Part shown: positions 51,749 to 60,437 of the stretch, piece after piece
Layout: every line of letters starts with the position of its first letter
Numbering within the stretch: position 1 is the first letter of the stretch
Origin: Chthonomonadales bacterium
Lineage (GTDB): Bacteria > Armatimonadota > Chthonomonadetes > Chthonomonadales > CAJBBX01
Assembly (NCBI GenBank): GCA_038229495.1
Contig: JBBROJ010000007.1
Span: 3,263-67,262, forward strand
DNA: 64,000 nt
Reading direction: 5' to 3'
Position numbers and translations under genes: made by a program
Notes under the pieces: generated by a model
The model's database searches: none
What the model saw: only the letters and a program-made list of their open reading frames with translations
Told to the model about the DNA's origin: nothing

Positions 51749-53527
51749 ATGAAATATCGCGCAATTATCGGCATTGAAGTATCGCCGGAAGAAGTTCGCG
51801 GCGCGTGCGTGCGCACCACTAACGGCGTACCGCAGCTAGTAGCCGTGGCCAGCGTGCCTACGCCGGCGGCAGGCATGGATGCGGAGGGCATCCTGGATCC
51901 TGTGGAAATAGGTGAAGCGATACGCAGCGTGTGCGCCCAGTTGGACGCCAAGACCAATCACGTATCGATCGGCATGACGGCCTGCAACCTTGTTGCCCGC
52001 GTCATGGAGATCCCACCCGTCCCCGACCACGAGGTGAGAGCCGTACTTCGGGGCGAGATGGATCACTACCGCATCCTGCCGGCCGGACAGAGCGCATTCG
52101 ACTACTACCGCCTGCCTGAACTGCCATCCAAAAGTGGCGGCAAGGCCGCGCAGGCGGAGCAGACAGAGCCGGTTGCGCGGGTCCTTCTCATGGGGGCCGA
52201 AGAGCGCCTGGTGGCCAGCTATCGGGCCACCGTCGACGCCGCAAATCTCCATCTCGTAGCCGTCGAGCCCGGCTCCATCGCCATCATGCGCGCATTGCAG
52301 CCCATGCTTCGCGCCGAGCGTTCCGTTGCAACCGTCATCGTGGGAGTTGCAGGCACCGATGTTTTTATTACACAAGATGGATTCTTACAGTTCTACCGGC
52401 GAATTGACACCGGTATACCCGAGCTTCGATCTCAGACAGGATTTGCAGATCAGCGGCCCGCGAGCGGAAACTCCGCGGCGCGCGGTGGGCTGTTGGCGGC
52501 GGATGATGAGCCGGTCATCGAGAAGGCTATCGCCGCGGTCCCACTTGTCGCCGACCCCTACAATCGCCAGGCGATCTCCCTGCTCATGACAGAGGTGCAG
52601 AGGTCGCTCGACTACTTCTCCCGCGAATTTCCGCTCGGAGAGGATGCGATGGCAGTACGATTCGCTCTCGACACGGAAGATGCTCCCGACATGTTCAGCG
52701 TGATGGCCCAGTATCTGCGCAGCGATGCGGAGATGGCCTCCGCGCTGCAGCACCTGGGCGTGGCGGACGAGGTTCGAGACGCCGTTACGGGCGCGCGGGG
52801 CTTTCGATATATGGTCCCCGTGGGCCTTGCTCTGCGCTGTGCGGAGGGCGAGTATGCGGAAGCGGCGGAGCTGGACCTAGGAATCGGGGACCGTGTGGTG
52901 GTCGAGCGGCGTATCGCTCCCAAAGCCCTGGTCGCAAGTATGGCGGCAAGCGCAATAATCTTCCTCGGTACGATTAGCGCCGCTCTCGTAGTGGGGCATC
53001 ATACTGCTCGCTTGAATCAACGGCTTGCCCAAGAAAAGCATGCACTGCAAGAGCTTACTCAACAGCATGCCACAAGGGTCGCATCGCTAGATAGGCAAAA
53101 AAATCTTGTCAATGCGATTCATAACCGGGACAAGCCGATGCGCGAAGCGATCGAATTTCTATCTGCGTCGGTGTCGCGAAAGGCGTGTCTGAACACATTG
53201 ACCATCGATTCCGCGGGTCAAATTTTCCTGAGCGGCGAGGCCGCGAACTCCCGCGTGGTGGCGGACATCATGGACACCATCAATCTCGCGCCCACGCTGG
53301 AGCCCATACGGCTGAACAACATTATGCGCGTCGATCCCGACAAGGGAGGCACGACGTTTAAGTTCGATATGCAAACGGGCCTCATGAAACGGCTCGCCCT
53401 GGCGGCAGTTCCGGCAGTGATAGCCGCCCAAGCTGCGCAAACTACGCAAGCCCCGAAAGTAGGGCAAGCACGGCAAGCGCCGCCGGAGTCCGCCGCGCCC
53501 GTCGCGTCAAAACAGGGAGGAAGCTAA
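51749..53527 (+). CDS. pilMN: Fused PilM-PilN type IV pilus assembly protein
   Basis: The N-terminal actin-like PilM region (IGIEVSPEEVRGACV...LVAVEPGSIAIMRAL) is followed by a TM helix. A PilN-like periplasmic domain (LNTLTIDSAGQIFLSGEA) comes after it. The start could also be 51686. Confidence 0.75.
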   Translation: MKYRAIIGIEVSPEEVRGACVRTTNGVPQLVAVASVPTPAAGMDAEGILDPVEIGEAIRSVCAQLDAKTNHVSIGMTACNLVARVMEIPPVPDHEVRAVLRGEMDHYRILPAGQSAFDYYRLPELPSKSGGKAAQAEQTEPVARVLLMGAEERLVASYRATVDAANLHLVAVEPGSIAIMRALQPMLRAERSVATVIVGVAGTDVFITQDGFLQFYRRIDTGIPELRSQTGFADQRPASGNSAARGGLLAADDEPVIEKAIAAVPLVADPYNRQAISLLMTEVQRSLDYFSREFPLGEDAMAVRFALDTEDAPDMFSVMAQYLRSDAEMASALQHLGVADEVRDAVTGARGFRYMVPVGLALRCAEGEYAEAAELDLGIGDRVVVERRIAPKALVASMAASAIIFLGTISAALVVGHHTARLNQRLAQEKHALQELTQQHATRVASLDRQKNLVNAIHNRDKPMREAIEFLSASVSRKACLNTLTIDSAGQIFLSGEAANSRVVADIMDTINLAPTLEPIRLNNIMRVDPDKGGTTFKFDMQTGLMKRLALAAVPAVIAAQAAQTTQAPKVGQARQAPPESAAPVASKQGGS

Positions 53528-53528
53528 T

Positions 53529-54122
53529 ATGCGGCACATGCATCCTACGCTGCACCGGTGGCTCACAATCCTGCTGCCGCCGATTGCTCTGCTCACCTGC
53601 TGCTTCGTTATGGTCCCGCGCCACAACAAGATGCGGCAGGCGGCAAAGTCGATTACGGAGGCGCAGGCCGGCATCAAGGATTATCTTGTCAAGCTGAAGG
53701 CCATCAGCGATCTGCCGCGCGACCCGCGCGTGGCATCGCTTCCCGCGACCAAGCAGGAGCAGACGGACTTCCTGCGCGGCCTCTCGGCTTTGTGCAGCCG
53801 CACAGGCAATCGCTTGCTTACGGTAAATGCGCTGTCCGCCCCGCCCGCTGCTCCCGCCGCGGCGGTCGGCAGCCCCGTGCCGCCGCCGGTAGAGGGCGCA
53901 TTGCCGCCGGATGTTTTGGAGATTAAGAGCACCATCATTTTCGAGGGCAACTTCCGGTCGTTGCGCGCGTTTCTGGCGACCGTGCAGCAGTCCTACCGCC
54001 TAGTATCGTTGTCGGATTGCCGGATTGGTCCCGGCCAGGATGGATTCCCGATTCTGCAGACCACCCTTAGCGTGTCACGTTACGTGGACGTGCCGCCTGC
54101 CAGCGCCGTACCGGCCGCGTAA
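53529..54122 (+). CDS. pilO: PilO-like pilus assembly protein
   Basis: 197 aa with an N-terminal TM helix, a coiled coil and a C-terminal ferredoxin-like region. It lies after pilMN and before the secretin. Confidence 0.55.
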   Translation: MRHMHPTLHRWLTILLPPIALLTCCFVMVPRHNKMRQAAKSITEAQAGIKDYLVKLKAISDLPRDPRVASLPATKQEQTDFLRGLSALCSRTGNRLLTVNALSAPPAAPAAAVGSPVPPPVEGALPPDVLEIKSTIIFEGNFRSLRAFLATVQQSYRLVSLSDCRIGPGQDGFPILQTTLSVSRYVDVPPASAVPAA

Positions 54123-54245
54123 CACACAGAGCCGGGTTCCGGTCCGATTAAGATGGGATAGCGCCCGACTTCCGAGTCGGCGCCCGGGCCTGCCATTTGT
54201 TTGACGGCCCGCGTTAGTCGACTTTCTGCATAGAGGATTCTGATA

Positions 54246-56147
54246 ATGAAATCGTGGAAATCATGGAAATCGTGGATGATAACCGGGGCTGCCGCTCCTA
54301 TAGCGCTTACGGCGCTGACCGGCAGTTTCCGCACTGTTTGCCTGGCCGACAGCAAAACTAGCGAGCCGGCGGCGAGACCGTTCGAGCGAGCCGAAGTGAG
54401 GACTGTTTCTTTAGCAGCTAAAGAAGCAGCTAAGGAGGCTCCGAGGCGGTTAGTGACGGTCGACTACGTTAATGCCGAGGTGAACGATGTAATACGTACC
54501 CTCTCGGCCCAGAGCGGAGTGAATGTCGCGCTCAACCCCAATGTTAAAGGGCAGGTGACGGTTCACCTGCGCGGAAAGACCGTGGACGAGGCGATGGTCG
54601 TGGTTGCGAACCTCGCCGGCCTGGGCGCGAAAAAGGTCAGTGATACTTTTGTAATCGCTCCACGAGCGGATATGCGGCAGACGCTGGAGAGGCTCGGCGC
54701 TAAGAGGTTTGTGGGCATTGAGCACGCCAAGCTGCAAGATGCCGCCGATCTGGCCCAGGGAGCGTTTCCGGATCTTACCGCCCGTCCGCAGGGGAGGGGT
54801 GTTGCATTGACCGGCGCGGACGACGACCTGGAATCGGCGGAACGGCTGCTAAAGCAGAACGACTCAGTTTTGCCGGACGACATACACGTTGTAGAGAAGA
54901 TTGCGCTCAAGCACATCAAGGCGGCCCAGGCGGCCTCGGCGCTCGTCAAAATGGAGCCCGGACTTTCCGCCGAGGCTGCCGGAAGCTCCATCGTATTGAG
55001 TGGCGCAAAAGCGAAAGTCGAAGCCGGCAAGCGGGGTGTCGAGCTGATCGACGTACAGGCCCCGCCAAACGCGGATACCCGAGTCTATAACCTCAAGTAT
55101 TCTACCGCGCCGGAGCTTGCCCTGGTGGTGGAGCGCTCCGTTCCCGGCATACAGGTAGTCGCGGGGCCGGAGAGCATGGCAATCGCAAGGCCGGCATTCA
55201 ACCCCCTCACAGGACAGTTCGCGGGCGGCGGCAGCGGCACGACGAGCGGCTCCGGCTCGACATCGCCATCCGCAGGATCCACGGGCGCTGGGGCTGGTGG
55301 GGCCGGCGTCGGCACAAATGGCGGCTCAGGATCGGGCGCAAATGGCGGCCCGGGAGTCGGCGCGGCAATAAATAAAAACGCGCTCACGCTGCTTCTCACG
55401 GGAAATCCGGCCGATCTCGATCAGGCGATGAAGATTCTGGCGCTCACGGACGTGCCTCCGGCTCAGGTTGTTATTGAGGCGAAGGTAGTCGAAACATCGC
55501 CGTCGCTCATCGAGGATATTGGCGTCAATTGGTCCTGGGATCCGCTGAAATTCATCGAGGCAAAGCCGGGATCCAGCTCGGGCGGATTCGCGGACGTCAC
55601 CAAGCACGCCGGAATCGGCATGTTCAGCCGCGTTCCCTGGTCATTTACGGGCGTGCTGGCTGCCCTTATTACTAAGGGAGATGCAAAGCTGCTTGCGAAT
55701 CCGAATGTCACGGTGGTGAACGATCAGGACGCGTCGGTATTCATTGGAGATACGCTTCGGTTTCAGTCACTGGCGCAGTCCAGCCCCACGACCGGTAACC
55801 AATTCACCGTTGTCGAGGTGCCGGTAGGAATCGTTCTCCTCGTGCATCCGCGCATCAATGGCGACGGAAACGTTACCCTTCGCGTTCATCCGGTTGTGAG
55901 CACGGTAACAGGACTGATTAACGGGCTTCCACAGACGAGCTCGCGCGAAGCGGAAACCACCGTCCGTGCGAAGGACGGCGATACCATCGTTATCGGCGGC
56001 CTGATTCGAGACGAAGACATTAGGACAATGGAGAAGATTCCTTTGCTCGGCGACCTGCCGCTCATTGGGCAGCTTTTCCGGCATACGAATCGCAACCACC
56101 GGCGCACCGAAGTAATGGTGGTCCTAACTATAAAAATTCTTAAATAG
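54246..56147 (+). CDS. pilQ: Type IV pilus / type II secretion secretin (PilQ/GspD family)
   Basis: N0/N1-type domains, a Gly/Ser linker and a C-terminal secretin domain (LLANPNVTVVNDQDASVFIGD...IPLLGDLPLIGQLFR). The N-terminus contains KSWKSWKSW. Confidence 0.88.
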   Translation: MKSWKSWKSWMITGAAAPIALTALTGSFRTVCLADSKTSEPAARPFERAEVRTVSLAAKEAAKEAPRRLVTVDYVNAEVNDVIRTLSAQSGVNVALNPNVKGQVTVHLRGKTVDEAMVVVANLAGLGAKKVSDTFVIAPRADMRQTLERLGAKRFVGIEHAKLQDAADLAQGAFPDLTARPQGRGVALTGADDDLESAERLLKQNDSVLPDDIHVVEKIALKHIKAAQAASALVKMEPGLSAEAAGSSIVLSGAKAKVEAGKRGVELIDVQAPPNADTRVYNLKYSTAPELALVVERSVPGIQVVAGPESMAIARPAFNPLTGQFAGGGSGTTSGSGSTSPSAGSTGAGAGGAGVGTNGGSGSGANGGPGVGAAINKNALTLLLTGNPADLDQAMKILALTDVPPAQVVIEAKVVETSPSLIEDIGVNWSWDPLKFIEAKPGSSSGGFADVTKHAGIGMFSRVPWSFTGVLAALITKGDAKLLANPNVTVVNDQDASVFIGDTLRFQSLAQSSPTTGNQFTVVEVPVGIVLLVHPRINGDGNVTLRVHPVVSTVTGLINGLPQTSSREAETTVRAKDGDTIVIGGLIRDEDIRTMEKIPLLGDLPLIGQLFRHTNRNHRRTEVMVVLTIKILK

Positions 56148-56246
56148 GAGAAAGCGTTTCCTAAATCGGAGAGTGCGACGCCCGGCGCATCACCAGGACC
56201 GGCGTCGCGCTCCTCCCATTTTCTCCATCAGATCTGGAGCAATACC

Positions 56247-57008
56247 ATGAGCTTCGCTAACATGAGTCCGGCGGACCGGATGAAGGCCTCCGGCTTAATA
56301 GGACTGATAGTTGTTATTCTGTTCTTTGTCGTTCATACGATTCTCGGATCGGTCGCTCCCAAGAAGCCGGCCGCAACGACTGCGGATGCCACAAGCGTAG
56401 CCGGGGTTGCGGCGGCGCCCGCGCCGGCGACCGGTCCCAGCCCCACGGCACCCGCGACCGGAGACGGGTCTTTCCCAATGGAAAAAGTTACCGGCGCTAA
56501 GGGAAGCGGACTGGCGCATAGTCTGGCGATGGACATACCGGACCCGTTTGTGCCCATTAACGATCCGAAGAATAAAGGGAACAAGGCAAGCCAGACTGCC
56601 GGCAGCAAGCCCACGGAGCCGCGCGTCGAGGTGGATCCCATATTCAATTCGAATCGGCCTGGTGGAAGCGGCCCGTCGGGGGGCTTTGTGTCTGGCCCGA
56701 CCCTTCCGGCCCTTCCTTCCGCCGGCGCGGGCAATACCGGCGCGCCCGGTCCCATGGCTATCGCTCCTCTTGGCGCGCCTCATGTTGAGCCGGAGATCAA
56801 GGTCATCGGGCTCGTCGACGGCGATCCTCCCGTGGCGACCGTGCAGGTGTCCGGCCGGGTCATAGTCGCCCGGCGCGGGGATGCTCTCGCCATCGGTTAC
56901 CGCGTAATGAATATCTCTCCCGAAGGCGTCGTGGTGCGGTGCGGCAAGGAGTGGAAAACGCTGCGCGTGGGTGGCATGTTGAACGAAGCGAAGATTGAGG
57001 GCAAGTAG
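56247..57008 (+). CDS. Membrane-anchored Pro-rich protein with PilP/GspC-HR-like C-terminal beta domain
   Basis: TM helix, a long P/A/G linker, then IKVIGLVDGDPPVATVQVSGRVIVARRGDALAIGYRVMNISPEGVVV. Confidence 0.45.
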   Translation: MSFANMSPADRMKASGLIGLIVVILFFVVHTILGSVAPKKPAATTADATSVAGVAAAPAPATGPSPTAPATGDGSFPMEKVTGAKGSGLAHSLAMDIPDPFVPINDPKNKGNKASQTAGSKPTEPRVEVDPIFNSNRPGGSGPSGGFVSGPTLPALPSAGAGNTGAPGPMAIAPLGAPHVEPEIKVIGLVDGDPPVATVQVSGRVIVARRGDALAIGYRVMNISPEGVVVRCGKEWKTLRVGGMLNEAKIEGK

Positions 57009-57030
57009 GTGTCGGGTGTCAGGTGTTAGG
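57007..57030. repeat. Three heptamers RGGTGTY overlapping the stop codon
   Basis: AGGTGTC GGGTGTC AGGTGTT, the complement of the YACCTGW units at 24108-24152. Confidence 0.85.
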
Positions 57031-57050
57031 CGCGCGGCAATCGCCGCCGT

Positions 57051-57101
57051 ATAGAAAAGCGGCCCCATTTCGGTTATCACCGAGTGAGGCCGCTGCTTTA
57101 T
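57051..57101. terminator. Bidirectional compound hairpin AGCGGCC..TTCGGT-TATC-ACCGAG..GGCCGCT flanked by A/T runs
   Basis: Read directly, between the convergent genes ending at 57008 and 57128. Confidence 0.6.
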
Positions 57102-57127
57102 TCAAGCTCATCCCAAACCACTAATCC

Positions 57128-58825
57128 CTACTTATTCTCTATCAGCAGTTTTCCGGACTTTTCATCGAAGTTGATCTTGACTCCGAGGGCATCGCGCACG
57201 AAGGTCAATGGAACGATGGTCCGCCCGCTCTCGATGAAAGGCTTACGCTCCATCTTCAAGCTGTGGTTGTTGACCGTGGCGTTCTCGTTGCCTATCTTGA
57301 TCTCGATCTCTTTGCTCTCGTTGACCGCGCGAACGGTTTGCGCCGAGCCGCCGAACCAGTAGAGCCGCCCGCCCGTATGCTCGAATATCTGCCGGAAGGG
57401 GGCCAGCTTCATGCCGTTATCAACGCGCGGCTGCACGTCGAAGAGGATGGGCGAGCCGTTGAACGCGACGTCGAACGTGCCGCTCTTTGGAACGACGAGG
57501 CGGGAACCTCTACGCAGTTCCGTTCCATTCTTCAGGTTGTTGAGACGCGCGATCTCGTCGGGATTGACACCGGTACGCTTGCTCACGTCGTTCAGAGTTT
57601 CGCGCGGCTTGACGATTGTCGTAGTACCCGAGTCTCGTGGGCGGGCAATCACCGGCACCAGCGCGGACGAATCGGGAAGCGCCGGGAGCAACCCCTTGGG
57701 CCGGCCGGCTATTACCATCCGGTCGGTGGGCTGAACCGCCGCGCCCCCCGCCATCTTGGGACCAAGCTGAATCGACGGGACCTTTGCCGTCGCGCCGCTC
57801 CTGGGGTTGATCCCTGCCGCCGCCGTGTTTCCCAGGCCGAGCGCGCTTGGCTCAGTGGAGCGTGCCCCGCCGTTCACGGCAGGGGTTTTAACGCCACCGA
57901 TATTAGCTGCGTGCCCGGTTGCTCCCGGTGTTGTGATGTTGGATCCGGTCACCGCTGTAGAAGGATCGACCTTTGCCGGCTTTGCCACGGCTTTCTCTAA
58001 CGGCTTCTCTACCGGCTTAACTACTGGCTCTACCGGGGGCTTTGCGCTATTGCCGATGGGCAGCTCGATGGCCTTCCTGCTTGCGGCGGGATCGACAGCC
58101 TTCTTGCCGGGGTCGCGAAGGTCCTCGATGCCGTCCTGCTTCTTTGTCTCGCCGCTCGCATTGTTCACGTTGACATGGATCGGGCGCGCTTTCGTGGGCG
58201 AGAGTGAATCTTCCGTGGTGGTCCAGGCTTCGAGAAGATGCCAGCCATTGGCGGACTTCGACGTATCCCAGGTGTACTCGTACGGGGGATAGTTGCGGAG
58301 CACCTTCAACTCTTTGTCGACGAAGAAGGTGACATAGGGCTTCAGCTTCTGCAAGTCGGAGTCTAGCGTCACGCGGATTGGAATGACACCACTTATCTGA
58401 GTGCCGTTCTGCGGATAGGCGATGCGGACGGGAGCGGACAGGTCGGCAGCGGGAATCTTGAGCCTGCCGGACGCGATGCTGGGTTTGCCATCGGCTCCAT
58501 ATGCTTTCACCGTCACCTCATGCGAGCCGGACGCCAGCAAAACCGCATCCAGGCTGAAAGAGATGATGCCATGCGTCTGCATGGCGTTAATGCGTCGCTG
58601 AGCGACCAGTGCATTGTCCATGTAAAGCTCTACCGTCTCCACCGCCCCGCCCCGGTAGCTCACATCCAGCGACAATCGGTCGCTGATGCTGCCAGGGTCA
58701 GGAGTCAGGATGGAGAGCAGGAGCTTGTCGGATACTCGCTTGGAGGCGGCTTCGACGTCGCATGTGACGCCCATAAATGTGACTGCCGATCCTGCCAAGA
58801 CGAGAGCGCAAGCCAACCTCTTCAT
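57128..58825 (-). CDS. Secreted multidomain protein: Ig-like domains, LysM domain, C-terminal copper-amine-oxidase-N-like stalk domain
   Basis: 565 aa with a signal peptide. LysM segment: TIVKPRETLNDVSKRTGVNPDEIARLNNL. C-terminal IESGRTIVPLTFVRDALG is typical of the stalk domain. Confidence 0.7.
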   Translation of the reverse strand: MKRLACALVLAGSAVTFMGVTCDVEAASKRVSDKLLLSILTPDPGSISDRLSLDVSYRGGAVETVELYMDNALVAQRRINAMQTHGIISFSLDAVLLASGSHEVTVKAYGADGKPSIASGRLKIPAADLSAPVRIAYPQNGTQISGVIPIRVTLDSDLQKLKPYVTFFVDKELKVLRNYPPYEYTWDTSKSANGWHLLEAWTTTEDSLSPTKARPIHVNVNNASGETKKQDGIEDLRDPGKKAVDPAASRKAIELPIGNSAKPPVEPVVKPVEKPLEKAVAKPAKVDPSTAVTGSNITTPGATGHAANIGGVKTPAVNGGARSTEPSALGLGNTAAAGINPRSGATAKVPSIQLGPKMAGGAAVQPTDRMVIAGRPKGLLPALPDSSALVPVIARPRDSGTTTIVKPRETLNDVSKRTGVNPDEIARLNNLKNGTELRRGSRLVVPKSGTFDVAFNGSPILFDVQPRVDNGMKLAPFRQIFEHTGGRLYWFGGSAQTVRAVNESKEIEIKIGNENATVNNHSLKMERKPFIESGRTIVPLTFVRDALGVKINFDEKSGKLLIENK

Positions 58826-59318
58826 TGATACGCCTCCCTCTTCGTCAATCTAGGTCAATCTAGTTCGGTCGTGGCTGAGTGTTGCGATAAGGCTGCGGGG
58901 ACTGCGCGCGCGGCGGCGTTTCGCCGGATCAGGCGCAGAGTGTACCACTTTAGCACATCTATATCTCAATGTCAACCAGACACATGACCGTAATCCACCA
59001 TCTAGCCCGACTCTAGCGGTCCAAACGCGTCTGTTGGCTTCCACGACGTCTACAGGAATTGGGTTGGACTGAAATCAGTGTCACTCAACAGTCTGAAGCG
59101 GGTGATATAGCTAGTGCGGTTGTCGTCAACTGTCACTGTTTGGCACCGAATTTGAGCGTTGTAAGCCATACATGGACATCACGAGGCATGGCGCCATAGT
59201 CGTAAGAAGACGCCAGCACGATCCCGGACATCCGTTCAAATCCCAGCTCGTACTCCGCGTCTGCTGCGCGAATTACCAGTCTTCCGCCCACGTGGATCTG
59301 AATCTGGGCGGGGTGCTT

Positions 59319-60368
59319 TCAGATTCGCATCGAGCGAAGGGAGCGGAATAGGGCCACGTGATGGCGATCGTCGTGCACACCGACTGGGCGGGCAGCTCCT
59401 GCCCGTGAATAGACGCGAAACTGCCGTGCAGAGCCCACAAGCCGGTTAAACTGAGCGGCATCGCGAATCCAGGCCAGTCCGCGCCGGGTTGGGCTCTTCC
59501 GATGCTGCAGGAATACCGCGTCGCCGCCGACAACTTGGGCGGTCACAGCCGATACCCATACCTCCGCGGTCTCCGTATTGTTTTCCAGAGGGTAAACGAA
59601 AATCCAGGCCAGTTCCGCAGGTGGGTGGGTGATCGCGGACGCTGGCCCCGTTGACCAGAACGTATTGGGCTGCACGTACTGCAGGACCGGCTCCCTCGCA
59701 GCGGATCGGACTCCGGTGTTGCGGGCAGGGCCCTCCGCCACCCGGGCGGCCGTCTCAGCGCCTACCTGCGCCCGTTGGCTAATGGGGGGAAGGCAGATGA
59801 AGTTCTTACTCAAGATCTTCAACGCGCCCGTTTCGGCATCAAGGAGCACGGCGACCTCTTCCACCCGGAACGGAATCCCCTTGACGACGCGCTGGAAAGA
59901 AACGCGCCAGACGTGGGCAGAAGCTCTGGGAGGCCTTGTAAACTGTCGCTCAATGGTCACGGGATCGCCGGTCTCATCGCCCAGGCCGGACGCGCCCAAT
60001 ACGGATTTCGAGATGCTGATGGCTGTTTCCTTTGGGATCGCCTCGCCCGCGGGACGCGAATCAATATCCAGATCGTCGAGGAGCGCGTCGTTTCTGAAAT
60101 GAGCGATCTCTCCCGTGGACTCCACGATTTCAACGGTATACGCCCGGCCGTTTGCCCGATTGAACTTCACTTCCCTGCATGGAGACATATATCCGGGAAT
60201 GGATCGAGGCGAGCCCACAATACAATCCTTGCCGGACGGCAGCCCGAGTCGAACGCAAAAGTCAGTGGCGGCGCGTTCAGCGGCGCCATCCTGGCTGGGG
60301 GACGATGATGGCGTCTTCACCGCGAATAACAACAAGAACGGCGCAAGCCCGGGCAATACTTGCAGCAT
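59319..60368 (-). CDS. Secreted hypothetical protein (possible PepSY-like repeats); ends at a TGA followed by 61 further in-frame sense codons
   Basis: 349 aa ORF with a signal-like N-terminus. The same frame continues after the TGA at 59319-59321 down to a second stop at 59133-59135. Confidence 0.5.
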   Translation of the reverse strand: MLQVLPGLAPFLLLFAVKTPSSSPSQDGAAERAATDFCVRLGLPSGKDCIVGSPRSIPGYMSPCREVKFNRANGRAYTVEIVESTGEIAHFRNDALLDDLDIDSRPAGEAIPKETAISISKSVLGASGLGDETGDPVTIERQFTRPPRASAHVWRVSFQRVVKGIPFRVEEVAVLLDAETGALKILSKNFICLPPISQRAQVGAETAARVAEGPARNTGVRSAAREPVLQYVQPNTFWSTGPASAITHPPAELAWIFVYPLENNTETAEVWVSAVTAQVVGGDAVFLQHRKSPTRRGLAWIRDAAQFNRLVGSARQFRVYSRAGAARPVGVHDDRHHVALFRSLRSMRI

Positions 60369-60437
60369 AGAATGCCTCCAATTCGTGAGCGATAACGCTC
60401 ACATCGAGTAGGAACGAAATTTGTCCTTTTCGGGAAT

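Noticed and set aside
59284-59321. Selenocysteine (SECIS-directed) decoding as the primary explanation for the in-frame TGA
   Set aside because: I keep it only as a minor alternative within the finding. The context has no redox motif, the hairpin lacks recognisable SECIS loop features, and no sel genes are visible in the window. A nonsense mutation is more parsimonious.
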